Shown: positions 9,997 to 20,004, counted from the first letter of the stretch. The stretch: 54,445 bases of DNA from Bacteroidota bacterium (GCA_030618105.1 JAUXED010000003.1:1-54445), one strand, 5' to 3'. Translations and numbers: made by a program. The notes: generated by a model from the sequence alone, not told the origin.

Positions 9997-10083
9997 TAAT
10001 AATTTACAGAAAAACCAAGAGTAAAAGTTTTGTTCCCCGGTAGAAATAATTCATCAGCTTTGCGTCCAGCAGGTCTTCAGGAC

Positions 10084-10221
10084 TTACCGATTATTATTTA
10101 TACCACTCAATAAATATATTTTTTGCCTGATATCTTCAGGAAAATCATTTAGCTCTTCAATAGCTATTACTTCATCAGCCAGTTGTGCAGCAATAATATG
10201 CAGGTACCAGGAACCTGTCAT
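10084..10221 (-). CDS. Possible 45-aa ORF downstream of fic
   Basis: Read by eye as MTGSWYLHIIAAQLADEVIAIEELNDFPEDIRQKIYLLSGINNNR. Below the ORF-track length cutoff and has no motif, so it may be spurious. Confidence 0.2.
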   Translation of the reverse strand: MTGSWYLHIIAAQLADEVIAIEELNDFPEDIRQKIYLLSGINNNR

Positions 10222-10246
10222 TCTGTTATACCGTCTTGCAATATGT

Positions 10247-11359
10247 TTATCGTGGCTGGTGAGCGATTTTCAACACATAACTGGTGCTTCTACCTCCACC
10301 CGGCTCCTTGACCAGTATTTCTTTGTCAATTAAATCCTGAATATCTCTCAAGGCAGTATCCTGTGAGCATTTGGAAATTTTGGCCCATTTTGAGGTAGTA
10401 AGTTTGCCATAAAAATCATCCAACAGTTTATTAATCATCAATTTCTGCCGTTCATTGATAATAGTTGTTGCATGTTTTCCCCAAAATTTTGCTTTAGTCA
10501 ATACCTTTCCCAGAGTTTCATCTGTAGCCTCTAAAGCTCCGGTTAAACATTCAAAAAACCATAAAAGCCAGCTGGTAACATCCATTGATCCACTTTGGGT
10601 TTTTCCCAGAATTTCGTAATAAGCTTTTTTCTGACGTTCTATTTGTGCTGACATACTATAAAATCGCTGGTTCGTTTTATCAGCCCTGGAGAGTTGCATG
10701 TCGGCAATTGCACGGGCAATTCTTCCGTTGCCATCATCGAATGGATGAATTGTTAAAAACCATAAATGTGCGAGACCAGACTTAATTACCGGTTCAATAG
10801 TGGTTTCCCTATTAAACCACTTAATAAAACGATTCATCTCTTTGTCCACTATATCGGCAGAGGGTGCTTGATAATGCACCTTTTCTTTACCCAGAGGACC
10901 TGATACTACCTGCATAGGACCCGTTTCATCTTTTCGCCAATCAGCTATAGTAATTTTATGCATTCCGCTTCTTCCGGTTGGAAACAAAGCAGCATGCCAG
11001 CTACATAATCTTTCCTTTGTTAAGGGTTGCTCGTGTTTTTGAGTTGCATCCAGCATCATTTCAACTACGCCTTCAACATCCCGATCGGATGATACTAAAC
11101 CTGATATATCCATTCCAAGACGCCTGGCTATTGATGATCTGACCTGATCGGAATCCAGGAACTTCCCCTCAATTTCATTAGATTTTACGATGTCAATTGT
11201 TAAAGTTTCCAGCATAGCTTCTTCCCTCAGGGAAAAACCCATTGCCTCCATTTTACCTATTAATTTACCTTGTAAATTTCTTGCCTTACTCAAAGGAATC
11301 AGTAACAATTTATGGTTCCAGATAAAATCCGGCCAGCTTGTGTTTTGATATATATACAT
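10247..11359 (-). CDS. Fic family protein (class II autoinhibited, C-terminal wHTH)
   Basis: 370 aa. Fic motif HPFDDGNGRIARA. N-terminal inhibitory-helix motif SNEIEG (= [ST]xxxE[GN]). C-terminal region KISKCSQDTALRDIQDLIDKEIL is wHTH-like. Confidence 0.9.
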   Translation of the reverse strand: MYIYQNTSWPDFIWNHKLLLIPLSKARNLQGKLIGKMEAMGFSLREEAMLETLTIDIVKSNEIEGKFLDSDQVRSSIARRLGMDISGLVSSDRDVEGVVEMMLDATQKHEQPLTKERLCSWHAALFPTGRSGMHKITIADWRKDETGPMQVVSGPLGKEKVHYQAPSADIVDKEMNRFIKWFNRETTIEPVIKSGLAHLWFLTIHPFDDGNGRIARAIADMQLSRADKTNQRFYSMSAQIERQKKAYYEILGKTQSGSMDVTSWLLWFFECLTGALEATDETLGKVLTKAKFWGKHATTIINERQKLMINKLLDDFYGKLTTSKWAKISKCSQDTALRDIQDLIDKEILVKEPGGGRSTSYVLKIAHQPR

Positions 11360-11365
11360 AATTAT

Positions 11366-11440
11366 TCTCCGTAATATTTGCGGTAAATATACATTTTATT
11401 CTATGCACCTGCAAATTAATCTCCGTATATTTTGCGGAGA
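11366..11440 (-). promoter_or_regulatory. Two copies of an 18-21 bp dyad upstream of fic (candidate operator)
   Basis: tctccgtaatatttgcgg (11366-11383) and tctccgtatattttgcggaga (11420-11440), plus a half-site ttctccgcg at 11453-11461. Each copy is an imperfect palindrome, TCTCCG-N9-CGGAGA. Confidence 0.45.
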
Positions 11441-11464
11441 TAATTAAGGTTATTCTCCGCGTAT

Positions 11465-12142
11465 TCAATATCTCTGGCAAGAACGTTCGCCGAAAAGTTT
11501 TGTCCCGACCCGGACGATATTAGCCCCTTCTTCGATGGCAATTTCATAACTGTTACTCATGCCCATGGAAAGATAGCGCATTTCTACATTGGGTATTCCT
11601 GCTTTGCTTAATCGATCGAATGCAAATTTGGTGGCTTTAAAATATTGCCTTGCATCTTCCGGATTTCCAAAACGAGGTCCCATAGTCATTAATCCTTGAA
11701 CATGCAGGTTCGGTAAGCTACTTATCTGTTTTACTAATTTGTCAACATTATCAGGTAAAACGCCGGTTTTATTCAACTCTTTTCCGCTATTGATTTCAAT
11801 AAGCACCGGCATAATCTTGTTTATTGCAGTACACCGTTTATTTACTTCTTCAGCAAGTTTAACTGAGTCAATTGTTTCAATCATGTCAAACAGATCAACA
11901 GCATTTTTTACTTTATTCCGCTGCAGATGCCCTATCATATGCCATTGCACTTTATTCCCGATAATTTGATGCATCCGTTCAGCTTCCTGCAGGTAATTAT
12001 AACCGAGTATTTTAATACCGGCATCTATAGCAGCCTGAACTTCTTCAGGTAATCTGGTTTTTGCCGCGGCAACCAGTAAAACCCCCGCCGGAAGTGAATT
12101 CCGGATTTCAGATACAGATTCATTAATTGAATTTAATTGCAT
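11465..12142 (-). CDS. yggS: YggS-family pyridoxal-phosphate homeostasis protein
   Basis: 225 aa. VAAAKTR (PLP lysine region), HMIGHLQRNK and LSMGMSNSYEIAIEEGANIVRVG are typical of the YggS/PROSC family. Confidence 0.9.
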   Translation of the reverse strand: MQLNSINESVSEIRNSLPAGVLLVAAAKTRLPEEVQAAIDAGIKILGYNYLQEAERMHQIIGNKVQWHMIGHLQRNKVKNAVDLFDMIETIDSVKLAEEVNKRCTAINKIMPVLIEINSGKELNKTGVLPDNVDKLVKQISSLPNLHVQGLMTMGPRFGNPEDARQYFKATKFAFDRLSKAGIPNVEMRYLSMGMSNSYEIAIEEGANIVRVGTKLFGERSCQRY

Positions 12143-12174
12143 TTTATAATCTTTTTTATTGAAATTTAATTTTA

Positions 12175-12350
12175 CCAGTTGCCAACTTGCTAACTGTTTT
12201 CCATGTTATTCAATTAATATGGGCTAAAGCCCTATTGAGTTGGTTGTATTCATAATCCGTCAGCTAAAGCAGACGGCAATCCAGGTCAGATAAAAAACCG
12301 CTTGCAAATAGCTGACTGATTGCCAACTGCCAATTTGCCAACTGCCAACT
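12175..12350. repeat. GCCAACT-type oligomer arrays flanking two GCTAAAGC-loop hairpins
   Basis: cagttgccaacttgctaactg (12175-12196). gggctaaagccc (12221-12232). ccgtcagctaaagcagacgg (12257-12276). tgccaactgccaatttgccaactgccaact (12321-12350). Confidence 0.7.
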
Positions 12351-12500
12351 ATTATCTAATTATTATTAAGACCTGAAAATTAAGTTTTTTTTAATCAATT
12401 AACGAAGCTATATTCTTAATTTATAGATTCTGAAAAAAATATTTATATTGTAATCATATAAAAATCATCCTTCATTGCATCTAACCTTATTCATAAACTA

Positions 12501-15500
12501 ATGAAAACCAATTTATTCCGTAAGCCAATAACATGGATTGTTATTGTTGCAATTGCTGTAGTCAGTGCAATTTATGCTTTCAATAATTTTGACAAGGCTA
12601 ATCCGATTGTCAGTCTTGATATTAAAATGAACCGTGAAACAGCTCTTGAAAAAGCTGCTTTTCTTGCAGGGGAATCATTACTGGGACCTCTGGAATATAA
12701 AACGGCTGCTGTTTTTAAAAACGATAATTCTTTCCAGAATTTTGTTGAACTGGAAGCCGGAGGTCTCGAAAAATTCACCGAGGTACTTGAAACAGGTTTG
12801 TATAGTTCATATAACTGGAAAGTCAGGCATTTCAAGGAGCATGAACCAAACGAAGTGATTTTTTCTTTTACTCCCGCCGGTGAAATTTATGGTTTTTCGG
12901 AAAAACTGGCTGATTCGGAAGAAGGAGCTGCTCTTGTAGAGGATGAAGCATTGAGAATAGCAACAGATGAATCCCAAAAGCATTGGAATGTAAATTTTGC
13001 CGGTTATGAGCTTGTTGAAAAGTCGAAAGAAGAGGTTGAGAGTGGAAGAATAGACCATACTTTTGTATATGAGCGTCAGGATGAACAAATTGGAGAAGGA
13101 AGGTACAGGCTGCAATTAAAGGTAAGTGGCGATAAACTCACGCGGTTAAGACATTTTGTAAAGATACCTGAAGAGTTTGACCGGCGATATTCAGAAATGC
13201 GTTCCAATAACGATACAGTTGCGCTGTTTGGTACAGTTGGACTTGTGGTAGTTTACGGTCTTGGAGGAGTATTTGTCGGACTGTTTTTCTTGCTTCGCCG
13301 CAGGAGGCTTATCTGGAAACCGGCTGCAAAATGGGGAGTTCTTATCGCGTTAGGTTCGGTTTTTCTTGTCACTATTAACGAGATTCCACTATCATGGTTT
13401 AGCTATGATACATCTACCTCTGCCGGTAACTTCTTATCAAGTTCTATAATAAATGGATTCCTACTGGCATTAGGTATGGGAGCAATTTTCGCCCTCACAT
13501 TTATGGTAGCCGAAGGTCTGGGACGCTCTGCTTTCCCCAGCCATGTGCAGCTTTGGAAAGCATGGGGAAGTAAAACAGGAGGTTCCTTATCTCTCCTTGG
13601 GCAGACAATGGCAGGTTATCTGTTTATGGTGATAATGATAGGTGTTGATGTGTTGTTCTATGTTGTAACCAAAAAATTTGGCTGGTGGAGCCCGGCAGGT
13701 AACCTGTCTGATCCGAATATCCTGGCAAGTTATATGCCCTGGTTTAATTCTATCGGGATCTCTCTTCAGGCAGGATTTTGGGAAGAGTCACTTTGCCGTG
13801 CAATTCCGCTGGCAGGAATAGTTTTGCTTACCCGCAAATCCAGGTTCAAGAATTACTGGATCGTCCTGGTACTTGTAGCCCAGACATTAATTTTCGGGGC
13901 TGCTCATGCCAACTATCCGCAGCAGCCTTCTTATGCCCGTATCATTGAAATGATCATTCCGTTTGTTATTATTGGTTTGATATATTTTGGATATGGATTA
14001 ATACCTGTAATTATTGCTCATTTTGCAGTTGATGTTTTCTGGTTTTCACTACCTCTGTGGGTAGCAGAATCACCAGGTATTTGGACAGATCGGATATTGG
14101 TACTATTTTTCTTATTCGTGCCCTTGTGGATTATACTCTATTTCAGAATAAGAAATAAGAAATGGACAGAAGTTCCTGATGAACTCAGGAATAGAGGATG
14201 GGAACAACCCGGTGAACCTGAAGAGAAGATTCAGAAAGAAATAGAAGTACAACCTGAACGAAAATCATATACCCGATTATTGATCCCTGCAGGAATTGCA
14301 GGTCTGGCTCTGTGGCTCCTCTTCACCCCTTTTACACAGGATGCACCAAAACTTGATATATCAAAAGAGCAAGCCGGTGAAATAGCTATTAAAACATTAA
14401 AGGAAAGATTTAATGTTGATCCTGAAGAATGGACGGTTTTAACAGGTATAACCGATAATGCCGGCTTGCAACATAAATTTATCTGGCAGGAAGCAGGGAA
14501 AGAAAATTATGAGAAATATCTTGGAGGTTTTCTTTCTCCGCCGAGATGGTCGGTAAGACTGGTGAAAAGGGAAGGAAAAGTTGAAGACCGGGCTGAAGAA
14601 TACCTTGCGAATGTTGATGTAGAAGGGAATATGCTTGGTTTCAGTCATGTAATTCCAGAAAAGCGGGAAGGTGCTTTCCTGGAACAAACAGATGCTCAGG
14701 CTTTGGCAGACTCTGTATTAATTGAAGTACTTGGTATAGAAAGAGAAAACCTGAAAGAGATATCTGTTACACCAAAGATGCTGGAGAATCGCAGGGATTG
14801 GACCTTTGTGTATGCTGACACATTAAGCTATACATTGGATAAAGGTCAGGGAAGATACCGCATATCAATTGCCGGTAATAAGCTTATTTCAATATCTTCC
14901 TATGTTCATGTACCGGAAGAATGGGAAAGAGCGTATGAAGACAGGCAAAGCAAACGGAGTATTATTAAAACAATCGGGAGTGTTTTTTCAATTATCTTGC
15001 TTATTGCAGGTATGATTTGGGGTATTGTAAGGTGGACCAGGAAAAAATTCTCTGTAAAATTATTCCTGTACTTCGTAATTGGACTGCTTGGCTTGTTTAT
15101 TCTTGACAGCTTTCTTACATGGGATTCTGTAATGTTCGGTTATCAAACCAGTTTACCATGGTCGAATTTTGTTACAATGTTTATTGTTTTATTAGGGATA
15201 GCCGGCTTATTCTCTTCAGCAGGTCTTGGTATTATCGGGGGTATGTCAGTTAATCTGGTTCCCGCGAAAATTTCAGATAAGTATAACTGGCTTAAAGCAA
15301 TCGGGCTTGCTTTGGGACTGTTAGGACTAAATGCCCTGTTGTTAAAATTTGAAATAAAAACCTCTCCTTTCTGGGCTGATTTTGAAGCTTCAAATTCAAG
15401 GTTACCTATTGTTAGTACAGGCATTGGTGATATTCAAAACTTTATAGGCATTACCGGTATTCTATTAATACTTTATTTTGGACTTAATACTTTTACAAAA

Positions 15501-15824
15501 AAATGGTCTGAATCGAAATGGTTGTTTGGCGGACTAACCGTTCTTGCAGGTATATTGATCCAGGCTGCTTCGCTTGACAATTATATCTTCTGGATTGTAT
15601 CAGGATTACTCACGGGTTTGATATTGCTGGGGTTATACATTTTGTTTATACGCTATCATTTTGAATGGATACCTGTAATTGCCGCAGTATCTGTTATTCT
15701 CGGAATTGTAAAAAATATTTTAATAGGTCCAATTCCCTCAGCATTGAGCGGAGGAATACTGGGAGTTTTTATTATTGGTCTTTTTGCATGGTGGTGGTAT
15801 ACTGAATTTGCAAAGGTTGAGTAA
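12501..15824 (+). CDS. Very large CPBP-family intramembrane protease with duplicated extracytoplasmic domains
   Basis: 1107 aa. CPBP motifs EESLCRAIP (EExxxR), FGAAHANY (FxxxH) and IAHFAVD. Many hydrophobic segments. Two homologous soluble modules end in GRYRLQLKVSGDKLTRLRHFVKIPEEFDRRY and GRYRISIAGNKLISISSYVHVPEEWERAY. Confidence 0.8.
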   Translation: MKTNLFRKPITWIVIVAIAVVSAIYAFNNFDKANPIVSLDIKMNRETALEKAAFLAGESLLGPLEYKTAAVFKNDNSFQNFVELEAGGLEKFTEVLETGLYSSYNWKVRHFKEHEPNEVIFSFTPAGEIYGFSEKLADSEEGAALVEDEALRIATDESQKHWNVNFAGYELVEKSKEEVESGRIDHTFVYERQDEQIGEGRYRLQLKVSGDKLTRLRHFVKIPEEFDRRYSEMRSNNDTVALFGTVGLVVVYGLGGVFVGLFFLLRRRRLIWKPAAKWGVLIALGSVFLVTINEIPLSWFSYDTSTSAGNFLSSSIINGFLLALGMGAIFALTFMVAEGLGRSAFPSHVQLWKAWGSKTGGSLSLLGQTMAGYLFMVIMIGVDVLFYVVTKKFGWWSPAGNLSDPNILASYMPWFNSIGISLQAGFWEESLCRAIPLAGIVLLTRKSRFKNYWIVLVLVAQTLIFGAAHANYPQQPSYARIIEMIIPFVIIGLIYFGYGLIPVIIAHFAVDVFWFSLPLWVAESPGIWTDRILVLFFLFVPLWIILYFRIRNKKWTEVPDELRNRGWEQPGEPEEKIQKEIEVQPERKSYTRLLIPAGIAGLALWLLFTPFTQDAPKLDISKEQAGEIAIKTLKERFNVDPEEWTVLTGITDNAGLQHKFIWQEAGKENYEKYLGGFLSPPRWSVRLVKREGKVEDRAEEYLANVDVEGNMLGFSHVIPEKREGAFLEQTDAQALADSVLIEVLGIERENLKEISVTPKMLENRRDWTFVYADTLSYTLDKGQGRYRISIAGNKLISISSYVHVPEEWERAYEDRQSKRSIIKTIGSVFSIILLIAGMIWGIVRWTRKKFSVKLFLYFVIGLLGLFILDSFLTWDSVMFGYQTSLPWSNFVTMFIVLLGIAGLFSSAGLGIIGGMSVNLVPAKISDKYNWLKAIGLALGLLGLNALLLKFEIKTSPFWADFEASNSRLPIVSTGIGDIQNFIGITGILLILYFGLNTFTKKWSESKWLFGGLTVLAGILIQAASLDNYIFWIVSGLLTGLILLGLYILFIRYHFEWIPVIAAVSVILGIVKNILIGPIPSALSGGILGVFIIGLFAWWWYTEFAKVE

Positions 15825-15923
15825 GTTGATCAAACTTTCAATTGATCAATATTTTTATTATTTTAGTAACTTGGTTCGTTCAAAAACTTAAAAGGACATT
15901 TCCGAAATATTTTCACTTTAGTC

Positions 15924-17450
15924 ATGAGAGAAAAATACAGAATCCTGTTTGAATCTTCAAGAGATGCAATAATGTTGCTTGCCCCGCCTGACTGGTTATT
16001 TACCGCAGGAAACAAAGCTACACTCGAAATGTTCGGGGCAAAGAATGAAAAAGAGTTTTCTTCTAAAACCCCTGGTGATCTATCTCCGGAATACCAACCT
16101 GACGGACTGCTTTCTTCTGAAAAAGCCCGAAAAGTGATAGGAAAGGCGATGCGAAACGGTTCGCATTTCTTCGAATGGACACATAAAAAAATTAATGGTG
16201 ATGAGTTTCCTGCAAATGTTTTGTTGACCAGGGTTGAATTGGAGGGCAAAAAAATATTAACAGCAACAGTAAGAGATATAACCGAAACCAAAAAGACAGA
16301 AAAAGAGCTGCATAAGTATCGCGATCATCTTGAAAAAATAGTAGAAGAAAGAACAACCAAACTGCAGGAGAGTGAAGAAAAATACCACAATTTCTTTAAA
16401 ACTTCAAAAGACTGTATCTTCATCACTTCGAAAGAAGGAGAATGGCTTGATATGAGTGACAGTGCTCCGGAATTCTTTGGTTATGAAAATAAGGAAGAGT
16501 TAAAAAAGGTAAAAATTCCCGATTTATATGAAAATCCGGTTGACAGAAAAAAACATGCCCGGCAAATAGATAATCAGGGATTTACAAAAGATTTTGCTGT
16601 AAATCTGCGAAAAAAAGATGGTACTGTTATCAATTCACTTATTACATCGGTACCAATAAAAGACGATAAAGGTGAAGTGATTGCTTTCCAGGGAGCAATA
16701 CGGGATATTACCGCACAAAAAGAAGCGGAAAACGCACTGAAGGAAAGCGAAAAAAACTTAAAAGAACTGAATGCTTCAAAAGATAAGTTTTTCTCGATTA
16801 TCAGTCATGACCTCCGTAGTCCTTTCAATTCAATCATTGGCTTCTCTGAAATGTTATATTATGAGCCTAACGCTTTTAGCAAAGCGGAAATCAAAGAAAT
16901 GGTTGAAAGTATCTATAAAACCAGCCAGGAGACTTATGATCTTTTAAATAACCTGCTTGAATGGTCAGGAACACAAACGAACAGGATTAAATTCAAACCT
17001 GCCAAAACAGTGATTTATGATATTGTAATTAGCACAATTGATCTGTTAAATAATAATGCGAAGAAAAAGAATATTTCCATTTCAGTCGATATCCCTGAAC
17101 AGATACAGGTTTTTGCCGATAGAAATATAATAACTACCGTGATAAGAAACTTGCTTTCAAATGCAATTAAATTCACTCCTGAAAGGGGAAGTGTTAAAAT
17201 TAGTGCACAGGATACCGGTAAATTTGTTGAGGTCACTGTAGCTGATACAGGCGTAGGGATTACACCGAAAGATATCAAAAAACTTTTCCGTATCGATGCA
17301 GATTTTTCCACCCCGGGTACTGCCCATGAAAAAGGTACCGGACTGGGATTAATAATATGTAAGGAATTTATTGCAATGAATAACGGAGATATCCGTGTTG
17401 AAAGCGAACTTGGTAAGGGCAGCAGGTTTATTGTCCGTCTGCCGAACTAA
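15924..17450 (+). CDS. Cytoplasmic PAS-PAS sensor histidine kinase
   Basis: 508 aa. H-box FFSIISHDLRSP, N-box LLSNAIKFTP, G1 DTGVGI, G2 GTGLGL. Two PAS-like modules; no TM segment or receiver domain. Confidence 0.9.
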   Translation: MREKYRILFESSRDAIMLLAPPDWLFTAGNKATLEMFGAKNEKEFSSKTPGDLSPEYQPDGLLSSEKARKVIGKAMRNGSHFFEWTHKKINGDEFPANVLLTRVELEGKKILTATVRDITETKKTEKELHKYRDHLEKIVEERTTKLQESEEKYHNFFKTSKDCIFITSKEGEWLDMSDSAPEFFGYENKEELKKVKIPDLYENPVDRKKHARQIDNQGFTKDFAVNLRKKDGTVINSLITSVPIKDDKGEVIAFQGAIRDITAQKEAENALKESEKNLKELNASKDKFFSIISHDLRSPFNSIIGFSEMLYYEPNAFSKAEIKEMVESIYKTSQETYDLLNNLLEWSGTQTNRIKFKPAKTVIYDIVISTIDLLNNNAKKKNISISVDIPEQIQVFADRNIITTVIRNLLSNAIKFTPERGSVKISAQDTGKFVEVTVADTGVGITPKDIKKLFRIDADFSTPGTAHEKGTGLGLIICKEFIAMNNGDIRVESELGKGSRFIVRLPN

Positions 17451-18739
17451 AACTTAACAAATTCAACTCTTCTGTTATTTGCTTTACCTTCGGGTGTGGA
17501 ATTTTCATCAACAGGGTTACTTTCTCCAAAACCTTTAGTCTTTAATCTGTTATCAGAAATACCCAACCTGACAAATTCTACTTTTATTGCCTCTGCCCTT
17601 TTTTCTGAGAGTGTCTGGTTAAATGTTTCATCACCATCACTGTCAGTATGACCTTCTATACTGAAATTAACCTCCGGATGTTGATTCATCAATTGTACAA
17701 TCTTATTGATCACACCCATTGATTCAGGCTTGACATCAGATTTTCCCGAAGCAAATTTAATACCGGTAGTTACAATCTTTCCATCGGTCATAAACCGCTC
17801 ATAATATTTTTTACCACCTTCGGCTATACGGATGTTTTTGATTAGAACATCAGGGGCACCAGGTATCCAGTCCATGTCATCAGACTCATTACCAATGAAA
17901 AAGGCTGATGGATTGCATTTGATATTTGGGATGTTTAATAATCTGTGCTGGTCTAAATATACCTTTAATGATCTTATATTAAATTCAATTGCAACATGAC
18001 GCCATTTCGATAACAGCTTTTCTTCTGATGGATCCACGGGTATTTGACCTTTATATTTATCAAACATATAGACTTTATTATATTCCAAAGTAATTCTTTG
18101 TAAATCTTTATCGACTCTATCGGCTGCAGGCCACACGGCGAAATAATCTCCATCTACATTTTTAATATTCCAGAGCCATATATAATATTTCGTTTCCCAA
18201 TCTTCTGTTGGATCTCCATCCTCATCTGTTTCGCGATTAAAATAAGCATCGAATTCTATTGTGAATTTTTCAGGAAGATAATCCTCATCTGTTTTCATTA
18301 AAGGGAAAACTATATCTTCATCAATAGAAAATTTTATCACCTTTTCATTTCCAATCATTGCATTTTCAGCAATTCCTCGCATTAAATCCCATTTTGACGG
18401 GAATTCGCCGTTTTCCTCCCATAAAAGGTCATCCTCAAAAATAACCTTATCGCCCGGGACAAAATTATAATTCGACCAGGCTTTTAGTTGTTCTTCAGGT
18501 GTTTGTGGCTGTTCAGCAGTACCGGATATTTCTTTATCAGAAGCTTCTTCATAATAAACATCCTCCTTTACTTCTTTGGTTTCCTGTTCTTTCTGTTCTT
18601 CCTCTTCTTTCTGCTTTTTTTTACTCAGTTTCTCTTCTAATTTCTTTTTAGCTTTGGCTTTAATATCAAATTGAGCATTTGTGTTAAAAGAGAAAGAGAG
18701 GAAAAACACCAGGGTAAATAAATAAATTAAAGTTTTCAT
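17447..18739 (-). CDS. OmpA-family protein with Lys/Glu-rich N-terminal region
   Basis: 430 aa with a signal peptide. C-terminal OmpA-like domain (IEGHTDSDGDETFNQTLSEKRAEAI...NRRVEF). Its stop overlaps the convergent kinase stop by 4 nt. Confidence 0.8.
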   Translation of the reverse strand: MKTLIYLFTLVFFLSFSFNTNAQFDIKAKAKKKLEEKLSKKKQKEEEEQKEQETKEVKEDVYYEEASDKEISGTAEQPQTPEEQLKAWSNYNFVPGDKVIFEDDLLWEENGEFPSKWDLMRGIAENAMIGNEKVIKFSIDEDIVFPLMKTDEDYLPEKFTIEFDAYFNRETDEDGDPTEDWETKYYIWLWNIKNVDGDYFAVWPAADRVDKDLQRITLEYNKVYMFDKYKGQIPVDPSEEKLLSKWRHVAIEFNIRSLKVYLDQHRLLNIPNIKCNPSAFFIGNESDDMDWIPGAPDVLIKNIRIAEGGKKYYERFMTDGKIVTTGIKFASGKSDVKPESMGVINKIVQLMNQHPEVNFSIEGHTDSDGDETFNQTLSEKRAEAIKVEFVRLGISDNRLKTKGFGESNPVDENSTPEGKANNRRVEFVKF

Positions 18740-18888
18740 GACTACCTGTTTTAGTTTATCAACTAATAAAATTAATGAATTATATTAAAAACATCAAATT
18801 AGCCTTAATAATTTGGTGGGAAAAGAATAAAATGGAGGAATAACCGTGTTACCTGGAGATGGAGAAGAAGAATTGTGACAAAATATGC

Positions 18889-18919
18889 AAAAAAAAAGCC
18901 CGGCAATAATTAGCCGGGC
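18889..18919 (-). terminator. Rho-independent terminator of the cold-shock gene
   Basis: gcccggc/gccgggc stem (18898-18904 / 18913-18919), followed on the minus strand by a run of nine T. Confidence 0.8.
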
Positions 18920-18947
18920 TTTGATGCAAAATAGTTTAATTAAATAT

Positions 18948-19154
18948 TTATGCTAACTTAACGTTAACTGCATTTAATCCTTTTTTACCTTCAGTCAGTT
19001 CAAAAGTTACTTTATCATCTTCAGTGATCTTGTCAATTAAGCCGGAAACATGTACAAAATAGTCAGTACCTGTTTCTTCATCAATAATAAATCCAAAACC
19101 TTTGGTTTCATCAAAAAATTTTACTTTACCTGTTTTCATTTTGTTGTTATTCAA
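18948..19154 (-). CDS. Cold-shock protein (CspA family)
   Basis: 68 aa. GKVKFFDETKGFGFI (RNP1-like) and DYFVHVSGL (RNP2-like). Long AT-rich 5' leader. The true start may be the internal MKTGKV. Confidence 0.95.
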   Translation of the reverse strand: MNNNKMKTGKVKFFDETKGFGFIIDEETGTDYFVHVSGLIDKITEDDKVTFELTEGKKGLNAVNVKLA

Positions 19155-19482
19155 TAAATTTAAAAATATGGAAATTAATTTACTAATAGAAATTAGCTTT
19201 GTTTTACTTTTTGTTCAGATTTAGTTTTCTAAGTTGTAAATATATAAGGTATATTTGATACAGAGAATATATTATTTCTTTTTTTTGCAAAGATAGCTAT
19301 ATTAATCATAATAAATCATTTTTTTTAGAAATTAGAAGAAAATACTATTTCATACTTGCTTCTAATTGGTGTTTGTCCATAAAGTCAAGTATTTTCGTAA
19401 ATAAACAGTATAGGGATGCTTGCTGTTTGTGAGTTTTAATTTGGAATTTTAAGTATTAAACATTAATTTACGTAAAAAAAAG

Positions 19483-19935
19483 ATGGGTTGGGAAATTGAA
19501 AGAAAATTCCTTATCGGACGATTACCCGGCGATATTACAAGGACAAAACCTGTAAATATCAGCCAGGGATACCTGATCCTGTGTGAGAATGGCCCGGAAC
19601 TTAGAATCAGGTCAATGGGAAAACGGTACTATCTGACTATCAAAGGGGAAGGATCATTAAAGCGAAAAGAGATTGAGACAGAAATTACAAAAGCACCTTT
19701 TAATAGTTTATGGCTGCATACAGAGGGCAAGCGCATTGAAAAACGACGATATTCAATTAATTATGGATCACGAAAGATATTTATTGATGAATTCGCCGGT
19801 AAACATGCCGGACTGATGATGGCAGAGATTGAATTTCCAAATGAAAAGCAAGCCCTTGAGTTTGAACCTCCGCCCTGGTTTGGAAAAGAGATTACACATA
19901 ATTCGAAGTACAAGAACAGGAATTTGGCATGTTAA
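19483..19935 (+). CDS. CYTH-domain protein (triphosphate tunnel metalloenzyme family)
   Basis: 150 aa. N-terminal EIERKFLI (ExExK signature) and beta-strand-rich charged repeats. Confidence 0.8.
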   Translation: MGWEIERKFLIGRLPGDITRTKPVNISQGYLILCENGPELRIRSMGKRYYLTIKGEGSLKRKEIETEITKAPFNSLWLHTEGKRIEKRRYSINYGSRKIFIDEFAGKHAGLMMAEIEFPNEKQALEFEPPPWFGKEITHNSKYKNRNLAC

Positions 19936-20004
19936 TAAGAAGGCTAAGGCTAAGGAAGGCAGAGTGTTTATGGACAAACTCTAATTAGTTACAAAGTATA
20001 ATCT

